From the NCBI GenBank assembly GCA_046563655.1, contig CM102290.1, positions 8,556,001-8,620,000 of the forward strand: a stretch of DNA of 64,000 bases, given 5' to 3'. The notes beneath the pieces were generated by a model that saw nothing but the letters and a program-made list of their open reading frames with translations, did not search any database and was not told the origin of the DNA. A program made the translations under genes and the position numbers. Origin of the DNA: Yuukianura sp. NJ FZ-2021. Lineage: Eukaryota. This document shows positions 12,464-26,297 of the stretch, piece by piece (position 1 is the first letter of the stretch; each line of letters begins with the position of its first letter).

Positions 12464-15400
12464 TCAAACAGGCGTTGAGATTGAACTGAGGATTTTAGCC
12501 CTCTGTCCTGCCCCTTCCTCATCTTCTTTTGGCTTCGCATGCACCTCAACTTGGACACCGGACCGTGGATCACCGTCGCCCTCGCCCACCATGGCTACTC
12601 CGTCGCCATCCCCATTCTCCTTCTCAAGGTTTGTCGACGGTGCAGGAACCGTTGGAATTGGAACGTTCCTGGAGTAGCTGCCATACTCCCTTGGGAATTC
12701 AATGTGTGCTGGAATGGTGTTGAAAGAGTCTCCTTGACCGAGACCGTTCATATCACATTCAAATTTTAGATCCAACCGCGGCGGCTGAGAGTTTCGCACG
12801 GTGGACAGGGGTCGAGCTCCACCGAAGGTTGAGAAGTTTTCCACTTCTCGGAGCCCATTCATCCAAGCACGTGAACCCAGTTCTGTCAAAAAACTTATTT
12901 TAGAATTTCCGTTTACAAGATAAAACTTACATTAAAAAAAAACGGGACAAAATATTTTACCATCTTCAGCGTCCGTGTTCATCAACGACTCTGGAAAATC
13001 CTCTCCATTTCCACTGTCTTTTCCACTGGACGACTGAGAGCCATATCCAGGTCGAATGACTTTGGCAGCCTAAATTGTCATTTATACTTTAAACGCTTCG
13101 AAAAATACTTCCTTTTTTAAATATTGTTATTCAGCTCATTACTCATGCTTACCCGAAGTACGGACAGTGGTGGGTAGATTAGCTGACCACTCATGTCTGG
13201 ATCTTCAAACTTCAACGGCGTTACCTCAACGCTAGTCGTAATATCAGCGCTTCCACGTTGTCGTTTCCTCGTCGTATAAATGACGACGACCCATGCAGCA
13301 GAGGTAACCACGACACAGAACACAGCAATTATTATGAAAACGATTGTCATCATTGTGTTGTCCAAACTCGTGTTTGCTCCAACTGAAAACAGAAAACCGA
13401 AAACGTTTTTGGAATTCTAAACTTTAGCAAACCAAATGTTACTTAATAATATTATTATTATTAATTATTACAATTGCAGTTAAATTAATTCATATTTATA
13501 CTAATTTAAACTTACCAGCACTGACAACAGTAAGTGTAGACGAACTTCTAGCTACTCCAACCGCATTCGTCAGCAGGCATTCGAATTTGCCACTATCCCG
13601 TGCATGAACTTCTTTAATCAACAGCAATGACCCGTTTTCAGTCAAATGGTAACGTTTATCCAATGCCAGGATTTCTGTTAGCTGGACACCATCTTTAGTC
13701 CAGACGATTTGTGGTTTAGGAGATCCACTCGGTGCACATTCCAGGATTGCATTGCTTCCGAGAACAACGCTTTGATCTTGCAACGGATACCGGAAGCTCG
13801 GTGTCTCTGAAAAAAAAAGGAGTCAAAATTGTTCATCCGATTCCAAAAACTTGCTAAACAGCAAAGGTTAGCAAACTTACCAAAGACAGTGACAGTTGCA
13901 TAAGCACGTACTTCTCCTGCAGTATTTTTAGCCGAACAAGAGTACATTCCTTGATCAGACATTTTCACTTCCATGATAAAAAACGAGTCGTCATTCGGCA
14001 TCACGTGGAACCTTCTCTCCAGAGCCGCTGGAAAGTCTTCGCCGCCATCTTTTTGAAATCCAATTTCCGGAATTGGATATCCTTTCGATCCACATTCAAA
14101 CTTTACGTTACTTCCAAGTCGAACTGTTATATTTGACGGTTTCTTCACAAACGTAGGAAAAACTAGGTAAAATCAAACAAAAATACCATAAATCATCTTG
14201 TGCTGCAGGCAACTTTGACAAATAATCGATTAACTTACTGTGAACAGTGACATTTGCCTTCTTCGAATACACAATGCCTAGTCCCTTCCCGACACACTGG
14301 TACCATCCACTGTCAGTCCAACTAACATTTACCAAATTCAGTCTTGACATGACTTCCAGTCTTCCCTCACCGTCCACACGGTTTGAGGTCTCAATGGAAC
14401 TTTGCTGCAATAACATAGTCATACCAATTATTAAATCAACACAAATCACTTTGAATTTAAACAATTTCTAAAAACTTACCAACTCCCTGGGCAGCGGCTT
14501 GTAGTCTTTCTTCCATTCAACTGTAATGGGAATGTTTGGCGGTGCTTGAAGGTGGCAGACTAGAGTTCCATTCCCTTCTACCAGGAATGTTTGAGTTTTT
14601 GGCTCTTCCAAGAATACTGGTTTTCGGTACTTATCTGCAAGATCAATCGAGACACAAATCGCGATTAATTTCCAATTCACGTCCAACTTTTAGTCATCTT
14701 TTACACCTTCAAAACATTAATGTTTCTTAATTTTGGAACCTACCAGAACATGACAAGTTCTGAAGAGTGAGATCCAACAAGTTTCGGTTGGCCAGCTCTA
14801 GCGGAAAAGCACACATCGTCGTTTCTTGTTGCAGTTTTCTGCCTTTCCCCCCGCGACCTTCGTGTCTGGCACGATTTATTTGCTGTTGCACGAGTTTTGC
14901 ATGGAGCCATTGTATTTCACAATCACAGACGAGAGAGTAGGTGCCAAAAATTTGTAGGTTGACAGCAGGGGTAGCTAGAAACGTCTTTTCAGACAACCAA
15001 GTGATTGGATTGTCGCTGAGGTTGATGAATCTCAAGTGGCTAAGGCCGTATAGCGACTCTGGATGCATGACATGGATTCGGTTTGAAGCCAAATTGAGTG
15101 TGTGACACTCCTTGAGACCTCGAAAAGGTGCCACAGTGTCTTCCAGAACCCATGATAGCTCGTTGTGACTCAAATCCCTAAACAAGAACACAAGTTAATT
15201 TATTAACAATTAATTAATCAAAATCGCGGATAATTAATCATAATTAAGTTGAAATTGTTTTAATTTCACTTACAGAGTTTCTAATTTCTCCAGTTGTACG
15301 AAAGCGTCTGGTTCAATCTCCACAATTTTATTTCTGCTTAGGTCAAGCGTTCGTAATTTCGACAGGCCAGAAAGCGTTTTCTTGCCGATGAATGTCAGTA

Positions 15401-18400
15401 GGTTGTAACTCAGATCGCTGCAACAAACCACAAATCATGTATAAAATCCATCATGAAATTTAAATCAATTATAAGTCATGGCACCTAACTTAAACTAAGG
15501 TCACAAAACATATGACCTGAACTTCCACTCCTCCTACCAGAAAATCCGAATATAAATATTCGTATTTTAGTAATTTCTAAAATCCGTCCATCTTTTCATC
15601 ATTTTTCCCATAAGACGAAAATTAAGTGGCAAAGAAAAGAAGAAAACACATTTCCAGAAACAGTTCAGCTCATTGCATCTTTTCAAAGAGAATTCTTATT
15701 GCATTTTGAGCTTTGCGTTTCTCTCTTTTTTGTGTTGAGGTCACGTTGAAACAGCTGAAGTACATAACAACTTTTAAAGTAATAATCCCTACTCCCCCTC
15801 AATTCTCACGTAAAAATCCGAGTTGGTAACACCTCCTAAGGCCCAAAAAAAAAATCTAAAGAAGCTCTTTGTCATGTCCAAAATTTATTTTCATTTGCCA
15901 GGTTCTCTTGGGATTTTATCATCATTATTCCCCGTTTTTCAAAACTTATTATAGTCGTGGTTGTGGTGGTGGGTGTAAAAGTCCCGATTTCGGTTTTTGT
16001 TCAACCCCTTAACAAAAGGGAGCCTCAAGAAAAACAAAATGTTGGGGAGGATTCCTTACTCTTCAAGCAGCACAGGGAACAAGGGGCCCTTCAACTTTTG
16101 TTCATTTCTTAAAAGGCGACAAGGAATGGGGGACTCCCTGCCTGCATTGAATAATAGGACTTCAAGGACAAGCCCATTTCAAAGTACCGTGAATCTTCCA
16201 ATAGTACTCCAGGGTGCTAATTGTATCGCCCACCTTTGGTAGGTGTACTATTATGGACACGGGAGTTGGGTATTATTTGAGGATTTGCGGTACTAAATTA
16301 AAAGAGATCCAAATGAAAAAGTCAAAAGAAGAAGAAGCCTTACAGACTCTGAACTTGCTCCACGAATTCCCATGAATCGTCTTCAATCCCACTCACTTCA
16401 TTGTGGCTCACGTTGAAGGTTTTGACGGATCGAAGACCATACAACCATCGCTTCTCAACCAATCGGATGTTGTTCCAATCCAAAAGCCTAAAAAATCAAT
16501 TCAAAATGAAAATTAAATACTGATCAAATTAATTTCCAACTTAATTTTGTCTAAATTCGGTTAGGCTGCCTTCATCTCCTGAATAGAAAATCCAATTTTT
16601 TTTGTGGAAACTGGAAAACAATTTTCGAAATTACATTTTCATTTTTTTGAACTTACAGTTGTTGGACTTTTTCAAGTCCATAAAAAGCAGCATCTGAGAA
16701 ATTGCCCAATCCATTCCTCCTGAGGTTCAACACCTGAAGTTTCTTGAGCTCTTGAAATCTGAGACTCTCCATAGTCTCTATTTTGTTCCGACTGAGATCT
16801 CTGCATGAGAGAAAAAGAAAACACTTAACAAAGCCCCCAAAAAAAGAATAAATAAAAGTTTAAAATTCTTGACTTAGAAAAAATTACGCCTTCACGCTCA
16901 GCTTACAGTTTTTCCAAGTTCGTCATATTTGTAAAAGCATCTTTGGCAACTGCTTGAATTCGGTTATTAGACAACTGGAAGTCTGTTAATTTTCTAAGCG
17001 TGTTGAGTCCACTCGAGTTAAGTGTCTCGAGAGCATTTCCCGCCAGATTTCTGCAAAAAGAAAACTTACATTCAAGCTCTTCACATTGCTACGTTAACCT
17101 AAATTCAAACCTTACAAAGAAAGCAACTGATTGTTCATTGGAAATGACGAATTGTCAATGACTTGGATTTGATTCTGACTGAGATCGAGATCTCGTAGCT
17201 TTGGAAATGCTGATAGCGACAGTCCATCGATCCGCTGGATTTCATTTCTCGATCTAAAAAAAAGTAACAGCAAAATTTTGAAGAAAAATTTGAGGATGAC
17301 GCAGTCTTAGAGGGAATATTCTTCGTGTTTGCACAACTTATCGTCAACTTAAGAGCCTGAGCCATGACAAAATGCTTACAAACTGAGTTCGACGAGATCT
17401 TCCATGAGGTCTGGCCCACTTGGAATCCTCGTCAAGTTGTTACCGTCTGCAGATCTGTAAGAAAAGAAGTTCATGAGAGATTACTATTAAAAATAGAGTT
17501 CAAAATAACAGCGTTAACATCAACATTGTACTTTGGTTTTTTAGTTTTAGGAGAGCTAGCACATAGCGACAAAAAAAAAGTTCTTACAGTGATTCCAAAT
17601 GAGCAAGTCTTGACAGATGGTTGGGCTGAATCACATCAATTCTATTCTTGCTTATATTTCTGCAAAAACATAAACACAAAAGCTAATTTCCATTGACATT
17701 AAGTACCACAAAAACCAAGATGGTCAACAATTTTGACTCAGAATTTTAAAGTTAAAAAATTTTTAGCATTTAACTACTACTTTTAACTACGCTACTGACT
17801 AACTTGTACCGGAAACCGGAAGTGTTTAAGATTTTAAAACCCATTTAACTACAGCTCTGGTTGAAGGTAGAATCTCTGGGGATTTCCAATTTTCTAAAAA
17901 TTGCTACAAGTTAACTCTAAAAAAACATTTCAAAGGAACTTTTTTTCGCAATGCCGTTTTTAAGTCTGTCTGTGAATGGAAACGAAGGTCAGAAGGACAT
18001 TAACTTAAGTCGTGGGACTTAACCATTAGACTAAGTACTAAGAAGTGAGAGAATGAGACATCAAGTCATCAATAAATTGAAGTAATTGAAATCAACTAAA
18101 GTGTTATGTCCTTAGATGAAGTCTCGGGACACTCATCCATCCATTCACTACTTAACTTTAGCAGCAGATGACTGTTGTGTAACTTTTCTTTCTTTTTTCA
18201 CACTAGTCACACATTAAGATAACAAGATGAGTCAAACTAGACAATATGGAGCAGGCTTAATTGCTATAGTTTAGTTTTTATTAGTCAGTAAACAAAACAA
18301 TTTTATAGACATTGTGTGAGAAGGGCATTGTCATTTGATCCTATCCAAGTCAGAACCTTATGTAACCAATTGATTAACAAGCAAAAGAATCAAATGACAA

Positions 18401-19803
18401 TTACAGTCTTACCAATTTAACCAAAGGTTGATCTCATGCACTTCTGTGACAAAAGTTTTGTCTAATCCTTAAGTTTGTCTAATCTGACAGTTTAGTTCTC
18501 ACGAACTAACCGATTTTTTACTTAACAAAATTAGTGGAATCCATTCAATGTAAATTGAACGTATCAACAACAATGGAATGTTGAGGATTCGGCAAGACGT
18601 TAAAAGCTCTTCATCCTGGCCCTAATTCCATTGTCCATTGTTTTCCCTTTCATTTTCATTCCAGCGTCACGTTCCAAGAGCCTTATGGATTTCTTAAACA
18701 ATTAAAGCTTTTACAAAACTGGAACTGTAAGGAAACGACTTTCGGTTTGGGCAAAACAGACCCGAGAATTGTGAAACAATCAAGCAATGAATTCGTGAAA
18801 AGCTGCACGACACCGCGATCGATATGCAATCCAACGCATAAATAGAGAATCGACGTGCGTAAGATCGGAATTGCGACCGACGGTACAGAATCGGATTTTG
18901 AACCAAACCGAAACCGTACCGTGGGCCATTTTTGGCGGTAAGACACCTTTATTCGATATTTTGCTGGTGTGGGTGTCCACTGGCGTCTGTCCACTTAACT
19001 TACGTAGCTCGTGTCAAGTACTTTAAGCTTATGTTTGTAGAGCTTAATGATTGTTTACTTAACGATAAGACTTAAGCGCGTACTCGAACTTAAAGTTTGT
19101 AAATAATTCATTTGCTTAATCCTTGATCCAAATTACTCTTAATTCCACACTCAGGAAATCAACAATCCAGAACTATCTTACGAATTTGAAAATGACAACA
19201 CACGAACCAAATGCAATATCATGACTATGGATAAGATCAGGATAACAGCGAATCTCTCACAGATATCAACAAATCCTCACATGTAGCCTGACTTAACCTT
19301 TGAGGAATCGTCATTGATCTGAACATTAACGTAATTCGGTTCTGAAGATTGACTACCATGTCAATCCTTCGATCTCTTGGATAGTGGATACGCTATATCC
19401 GCTTTGTACACTCTATTTTGCATTCTTTATCACATAAAGAAGAGGAAGATGGTAGTAAGAGGTAGTAAGAAGACATGACTTACAGTTTATTGATCCATGT
19501 GGGGAAGTCCCCTGGGAATGTCGTAAGATTTCTTGAGGTACAGTCGAAGACAACGTCTAAACAGTCACAGTCCGGGTGACAAAGGATGAGCGAAGGATGA
19601 CCTGACCCGACAGTGACCAGGAGTACCAGGATGACCACTGTGGTGGCCATAGTGACGGCGGAAGATGATGATCGTAGAAGGACAGGGTACGAAGAGAGCG
19701 TACGAGAGTACTCCATCCCCTCACATCTTTGAACTTGGACTGAAGAAGAATCTGTTCTTTCTTTTATTTGTTTCCTTCCACTACAGTCTATGCTCTTCCG
19801 CAT
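12464..19803 (-). CDS. LRIG: Leucine-rich repeat and Ig-like domain transmembrane protein (LRIG/lambik/SMA-10 family)
   Basis: Signal-like segment and LRRNT (CHPDCDC...DCTSRNL); a run of 72-144 nt LRR exons; LRRCT (LVCDCEIQWL); three Ig domains, including the LRIG-type KDGGEDFPAALERRFHVMPNDDSFFI; TM helix IVFIIIAVFCVVVTSAAWVVVIYTTRKR; cytoplasmic SSSGKDSG. The start could be the ATG at 19803, 19716 or 19650. Confidence 0.9.
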
Positions 19804-21369
19804 ATTACGCACAACACTACGCAAAAAGGGGTTGAACACGGTGTAAATACGGGTCTAAATTTCTAACCTTAGTTTGAAACTATAGAACTAAAGTAATTAG
19901 TAATTAGTAAGTTCATCCTTGTAATTAGATTTAACTAATCTATAGTAATATAATACGTACAGACAATAAATTATTGTGCCCGCGAATAGTATGTCGGAGC
20001 GTACAAATGGCCGGATAAAATTTGAGGGTTCGCGCGCTACATGTGAGGTTTGCTCCGTACTAGCAAAGCCTACAAAAACAAGCACACGTTTTTATAATTG
20101 TTTCTTGCATTTATTCCTGTAATTTTTCATTTTTTATACGTTCCTTAAACGCTTTCCTTACGTTTCTTGTACATTTTCCATACTTTCCGGTTTACCTACT
20201 TTCCTGTATTCCTTAATCCGAGTGTAGCGCTGGCTTAATCGACTTATGTATTATTGAAGAAGATCGTTTTTTTCTTGCCTCGTGACGTTTTAGTAGTCTG
20301 TAGTGACCTTTCACCTAACTAAAGTTAATTTGTTGACGAATGGCTGTGTGAGACTCTGGAACAAAAAGAAAGAAACATTAACGCGGGAAGGATAACTTCG
20401 TCGATGATTTCTTATTCATCCCTGGTTCCGGATTAGATGGTGGTCGCTGCTGGAAGATCTTTTGCTGCCATGTCCCAAGTGCATCATAAGACTTTAGTTG
20501 GAATAGTATCGGACAATCATGGACGGCCGCTGATGTACTACTGGGTTCTAGGACGGAAGCCTTGACACACATGTGACCTCACTGGCACAACTTAATGCCA
20601 AAAGCTATGTGTCGAAAAGACTTTGTCTGTGTATATCTTTATATGGAATGTTTCCGTTCAGAAATGCCCAGTTACTGAATTTGGTCCAGGAGGAACAAGA
20701 GGCAGCGGGAGGAAAGAACTTTCTCCAGGAGAACTTTCACTCTAGTCATGAAAGTCTTCAGCGTCAGTTGTGTCAGCGTCTTGATCCAGTATTGTTGCCT
20801 TACGAATTCCTCAAAACATTTCAACCTAATCACAGTAAGTTAAAAAAAATTACTTATAAACATACAAAATATAACTTAGAACCTTAGGAATTCAAATTCT
20901 ATTGTCTCTTGCTGTTTCTGTTACTAGTACTAATTCAAATGCAAATTTAAGATCGACTTTAACATAACGAATTTGGGATGACCTGATGGCAATTCAGGTC
21001 AAACTTGAAAAAAATAGCAGTAGTATAAAGGTTTTTTGTTATAGTCTTAGGGATTTTGTTTAGAAAAAACATTGTAGCTGTGCTCTTATCCACTAGGGGG
21101 CTTGTGTAGAAAAGGACTATAATTTGATTGGATTTTGTAGAATATTAGATTTTAGACTTATTCTGTAGCAGTTTTGGTTCATGAATTTCTTAGGCGAATA
21201 CGAAATCGGACCTACTTTAGACAAAGTGGATGAAAGCAACAAATTTCAAGGCTCTTTTCTTGCTGGTTCCAATTGACGTTGATAAATGTAACAAGGAAAT
21301 GTCACTGGGAACTATAAATTTTATTCAATTTGTAACATTTCATCTTCTAAATGAACACGACAGACGTTC

Positions 21370-21870
21370 CAAACCCCCTACATAATTAAACACACATGTT
21401 CAACTGCATAGCGTACTCAAACATTCAGGTCCAACTGACCAACATTCTCAAATATTCATGTACAGATGAACTATATGCTTACTATATTAATTGTCATACG
21501 TACTGAAACAAACTTGTTCAACTCTGCAGTTTACTAGGACATTCGTATCCAGCTCCCCAACATACTCAAACATTTATGTAACTAAATTTCTGTACATTAA
21601 CTCCCTTACACAATGTGTAAGGAAACTTACATATTACACTGCCCAACATTCTGAAACATTCATGTACAAATGTACAACATACAGAAACATGTATGGGCAA
21701 CTGCCCAACATGTGAAACATTCATGTACAAAGGTACAATGCACTGAAACATTCATGTCCAAAACAACTACATACATTTTGGAAGTGCCCAGTATACGTGC
21801 ATAACAGTGTAACGTACATTTTGTGTTAGAAATGCAACGTATTTTAAAAAATTCATGTGCAACTGTGTAG
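21370..21870. repeat. Degenerate tandem repeat (AAACATTCATGTAC-type units, about 29-30 bp)
   Basis: Recurring AAACATTCATGT(A/C) and CTGCCCAACAT units, e.g. at 21654, 21714 and 21746, with more diverged copies on both sides. Confidence 0.6.
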
Positions 21871-24800
21871 TACACTATTTTCCTGACCGCCAAATTGCAA
21901 ATTTTGGAGAAAAAAATGTCTAACACTATTTATTAGGTTCCATTTCACTTTTGGAATGCCGTTTTGGATCATATTTTAAAGTCAAATACTCCAGATTGAT
22001 GTAGAGAAGCTTAACGAGCTCCGGCGTATTTCAACTTGGTTTGCGTAACCTACCTACTCCAACTAATCTAACAAGCCTAACGAGCCGTTGAGTTCACAAG
22101 ACTGCTTGACCGTAATGTGAAAAAGTTTTAACATGAAACAAAAGGGATTACGAACATTACGTTTTCATTAGGTTTAAAACAACTATTACCAAAAACAAAA
22201 CAAAAACGCGAAAGATAGGAGCTTTACGTTGCATAACTTAAAATGAACTTTTTTTACAGGTGCTTTTTTCGGTTAGGCTTACCAATTAGTAAAACAACAA
22301 CAAGCGGAAGGGAAAGTGGGAAACTTGCTGTTTTTAAAACTATCTCCCTTGTTCATATCATAACAAATCAAAACACGGCTTTAGTTGTTTTCCTAATTTT
22401 TTTCAGTTTCGGGTTTTAAGAAGGAATCACACATGGCAACGGGGTGTCTCGTTTCGCCTCAAATTAATTAACTTTAACGTCTAATTAGAATTCACAGGTA
22501 TATCGTAGAAATGTGTACAAGGGCTCTAAAAATTCGGCATTATCTGTAGAATACAGAGCATTGAACCGAACTTGAATTTTAGTTGTAAAGTGATACTAAA
22601 AATTGAATACAAGGTTCAATTTTTTCTACGCGTCGAATGATACCAAAATTCGGGAATTTGGTCAAGGCGACTTAGGCGCCATGGTCTTCCGGATTTTTAG
22701 ACACCTCAAACACATTTCTAGGTCTTATAATGAACATCTAATTAGAAAAAGTAGATGCAATTCTATAGTAATTTGCAAATTAGCAAAAGTCGGCACTGAA
22801 ATTAGCCGTCTCCATGGGAACACGTTGATTGTTGAGCCCCAGATTATTTGAAATGTTGTACTCTGAAAAACTTTGATTCGTCAACCATTCAAAACAGTGC
22901 CGACTTTTGCACGTTTGAGCAGTGATTTTGCTTGGTTACTAACGGCAATGACTGACACCAAATCGTAAACAAACGCTGCCTCTTACCCGTCCTTAACCTT
23001 CTGGATTCTTAGTAACTATGGTTACCATCCTTTGTTTTACCTTGTTGCCATGAGAACGGAGAGCCCTCATGCCTCAAGCATATAAAAAAGCTGGATTTTG
23101 TTTTGAAACATTTTTCAAATTAAGTTGAAATTGTTGTAATTTTATTCTTTTTGTATTCTCAAAATTGAACCACTTTGTTTAAACCGGTCCTTTCACCCCT
23201 AGACTTTGTCACAAAGTTGTTCCGATTGCCTGGAAGGCCTTTCTGTGAAATCGAAACAGTATTTGTCATGTTGCCTCGCGCTAAAACTTCAAATTGAACT
23301 TCCTGCTCGCCCGTGTTTCGAAAGCCTTGAAGGGGTAAGTTGATACTAGTTGAGAGAAAGAGGTACGTGTGTCGTTTGATTGGATGAACGGTTGGAATGT
23401 TGAAATTGGAAACAGAAGTGACGAGAGTTGGGTTTATTTGAGCCTTGGAGTGTTTTTGGATGTTTGTCTCACTTTGCCCCGTCAACTCCACCTTTCTCTA
23501 CTTTCACCCGTGCCTCCCCTATTTCTTCATTCCAACAAAATGTGTCCCTCTAGATCCCGTTGCTCAGACTCAACGTGTTGTCAGGAATTAGGACTCGAAA
23601 GAGTGCATACTTACTAGGTCGAGTAGACTACAGTAATATACTGATGCTTACCTTCTACATATTTTGCTCGGTTTTGAGTTTTAGTCGATTTTGATCATAA
23701 TAAATGCGATTATTTAGAAATTACACTCTTTCAAAATTCAAATCTCAAAGTTTTTAAAGTTTATAAGCCCCATGCTTCATTCAAGCCACAGGCGCGAAAT
23801 TTGGAGTATTTGGAAACTTATTCGCGCCTAGGTGGCGAGTTTTCAATGTTTAGGATACCATGGGCATTATACAAACAAGCTGATACGATGTTTGCAAGAA
23901 GTTACTACGGTGCAGTTACGCGCCACTTCCTCGCGCTTTCGCTGAATTGGTCTGCTCAGATTTGGTGCGAAATTTGATTTCGACGTGAGGTGCGGAGGTC
24001 TGCTGAGAGACGTTTCTTTAGCACGTAATCAACTCGGGGAGGGAGTAATAAAGACCTTGTAAAAGTTTTAGTCGAAGAAGCGGCAGGTTTGTATGGGGAA
24101 GTGGATCTTCTGGAAGACCAGGAAAAGCGCGGGCTTTTCAGAATAAGACTGGAATGGTACGCTGTTGAGCGTGTCAGCGAAATGGAGGATATAATTGGAT
24201 TCGGCACAGTTTTCCACGGTTTCCTGGAAACAGTTTTCCGTAAGATCCCACAGTATCTTTTCCCACGCATCCAGAACAGACTCAGACAGGAACTCCCAAA
24301 TGTGTTTTAAGACTCAAATGAAATCTTGCACAAGTTAATCATTTGACGTGATCAATTTGGGAAAGACTTTTCAGAAAAAGAGGGAGAAAAAAGAAGAAAA
24401 CGAAAGCTATATACGAAAGCAAATAAAATCAAATTCCATTCCGAATTGAGGCAAAAATGTTGTGTCAAAAACCTAACCGAAACGTCAGTTGTGTTGAACA
24501 GCATTTTTGTCAAAATTTTGAAGCCGAAATAAAACAAACTTTTTTATTCCGAAATTTTGGTTTCCGTAAGTTTTTCTTACAGCTCCCTGTCACTCCAAAA
24601 AAATTTTGATTTCAGAAACGTTCACAATGTTACTTTCTCTCTTCTGAAACGCAGAAATAAGAGAAAAAAAATCACAACAGACAGACACTGTGACTTTGAC
24701 ATTGAATTTGATTTTTTTGTTGGCATATTTTTATGAATACGTTTGTTCCTAACCTTCCCACCACTAAAGCGTTTTTGCGATTTCTTCAAAATATTGCAAT

Positions 24801-26099
24801 CTTTGCTTTCTCTTTGTTTCTAAAACAGAGAAATGATAGACAAGAAAATAATTAAATTTAAACCACTTGACCTTCACATTTCAATTTAGAAGAAAAAAAA
24901 CCGTTTTCGAAACTTGTTTTGATGTTTTTTCAAATTTTGCTTTTTGTAGCACTGCGGAGTATCATATGACATTGAAGTGAAATCCAATCGACTGGATTTA
25001 TTCATGTCCAAATTGAATCTCATTTCACTCGTGTTCACGATTTGAGTAACAGTGGATGACATAAGCACTGCTCGCGTCAGTCCCTCTTATGCCAAAGTAT
25101 TCTCTGACCTACATAACCTAACAAAAACCAAATCTAAGCCTAACGTAAACCTAACCTTAACCTAGTATGTCCGCATTCAGTCGTCTTCACGGCTCACCTA
25201 ACCCTATTGTCTTCCAAAAACTTTGAAACAACCACTTTAGCATTCAAAACCCGAAATCCATCCACTGTTCGCTCAACTTTCTCCAGCCGCCATTCAAACA
25301 ACTTATTCACTTCTGAAAACCAATTTACTGTCCTCTAAAACTCAAAATATTGTATATTCTGTCAAAATTTTGAAAACAAGTCAGAGAAATTGAATAATTT
25401 GTTAATATTTTGAAAACTTTGGTAACTTCGTGACTTTTTTCCATTAAACACAATAAGCCTTGGTCAAGTTCGGAACTTTAGCGGGGAAAGTAAATAGACT
25501 TTTTTAATTGGAAAAGTCTTTAGAACATAAACTTTTTAGGCCTAAAGTGGGATTCATCTTTTTCGAAGAATTTCTAAAAATCATTTTATGGTTGAATAGT
25601 TTTTCAATGTCGTAGTTTGACTTTGGTTGAGGATTTTTCCAGATGAGAAAACTTTGACCGTGTTGACTATTTTTGATCCGATTTCAATTTGACTTGCGGG
25701 AACTTTCGGGAGAAAATAAGAACCGAAAGACTTTTTTGTTTTCTTCTGCTTCTTCTTTTTTTTTGTGTGGAGACTTGTTGAAGAAAGACGGCTCAGCGTG
25801 TGAGCGCTTTTGATCTTCCTTCTTGTGCTCAAAACGACTTTTTTATGTGCGCTCGCTGATTTTTTTTGCACTAAAAAGTTACGCTTTTTATGTGGGCTCA
25901 AAAGTTACACTTTTATATACGTCCAAAACCCGCTTTTATGAGCAGCCCTCTTTCCCCCGGAATTTTTGGCACGAGTTGAACTTTCTTCCAGGAAACATAA
26001 TCTAAACTTACCTTGAAACTGTTTTCAGACTACTACCTTTTACTAGCCGATTAGCCTAATGTAAACCTAACCTTCACCTACGCTGACTTATGATCATTA

Positions 26100-26297
26100 C
26101 AGGGTTGCAAAAAAATATTTACTTCCCATGCCTGTAATGTTAACAAAATCAATATTTCGAGCATTTTTGTTACGAAATATTTATTTATTTCCCCATGCCC
26201 GTAATGTTAAGCCAGTAAATATTTCCAGCTTTTTCAGTAAATGTTGCATTTATTTAAATATTTCGCTGGTTTTTAGTAAATATTTTTTGCAACCCTG
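26100..26297. mobile_element. Short MITE with CAGGG termini (hAT-like)
   Basis: Inverted repeat of about 23 bp, CAGGGTTGCAAAAAA(A)TATTTACT / AGTAAATATTTTTTGCAACCCTG, with internal direct repeat TCCC(C)ATGCCYGTAATGTTAA. No TSD is recognisable. Confidence 0.65.

Noticed and set aside
18683..18994. GC-richer overlapping ORFs in LRIG intron 1
   Set aside because: No LRR or signal-peptide character and no in-phase splice sites found.
20378..20887. ORFs upstream of LRIG
   Set aside because: No motifs or convincing splice partners; may be 5' UTR or regulatory sequence.
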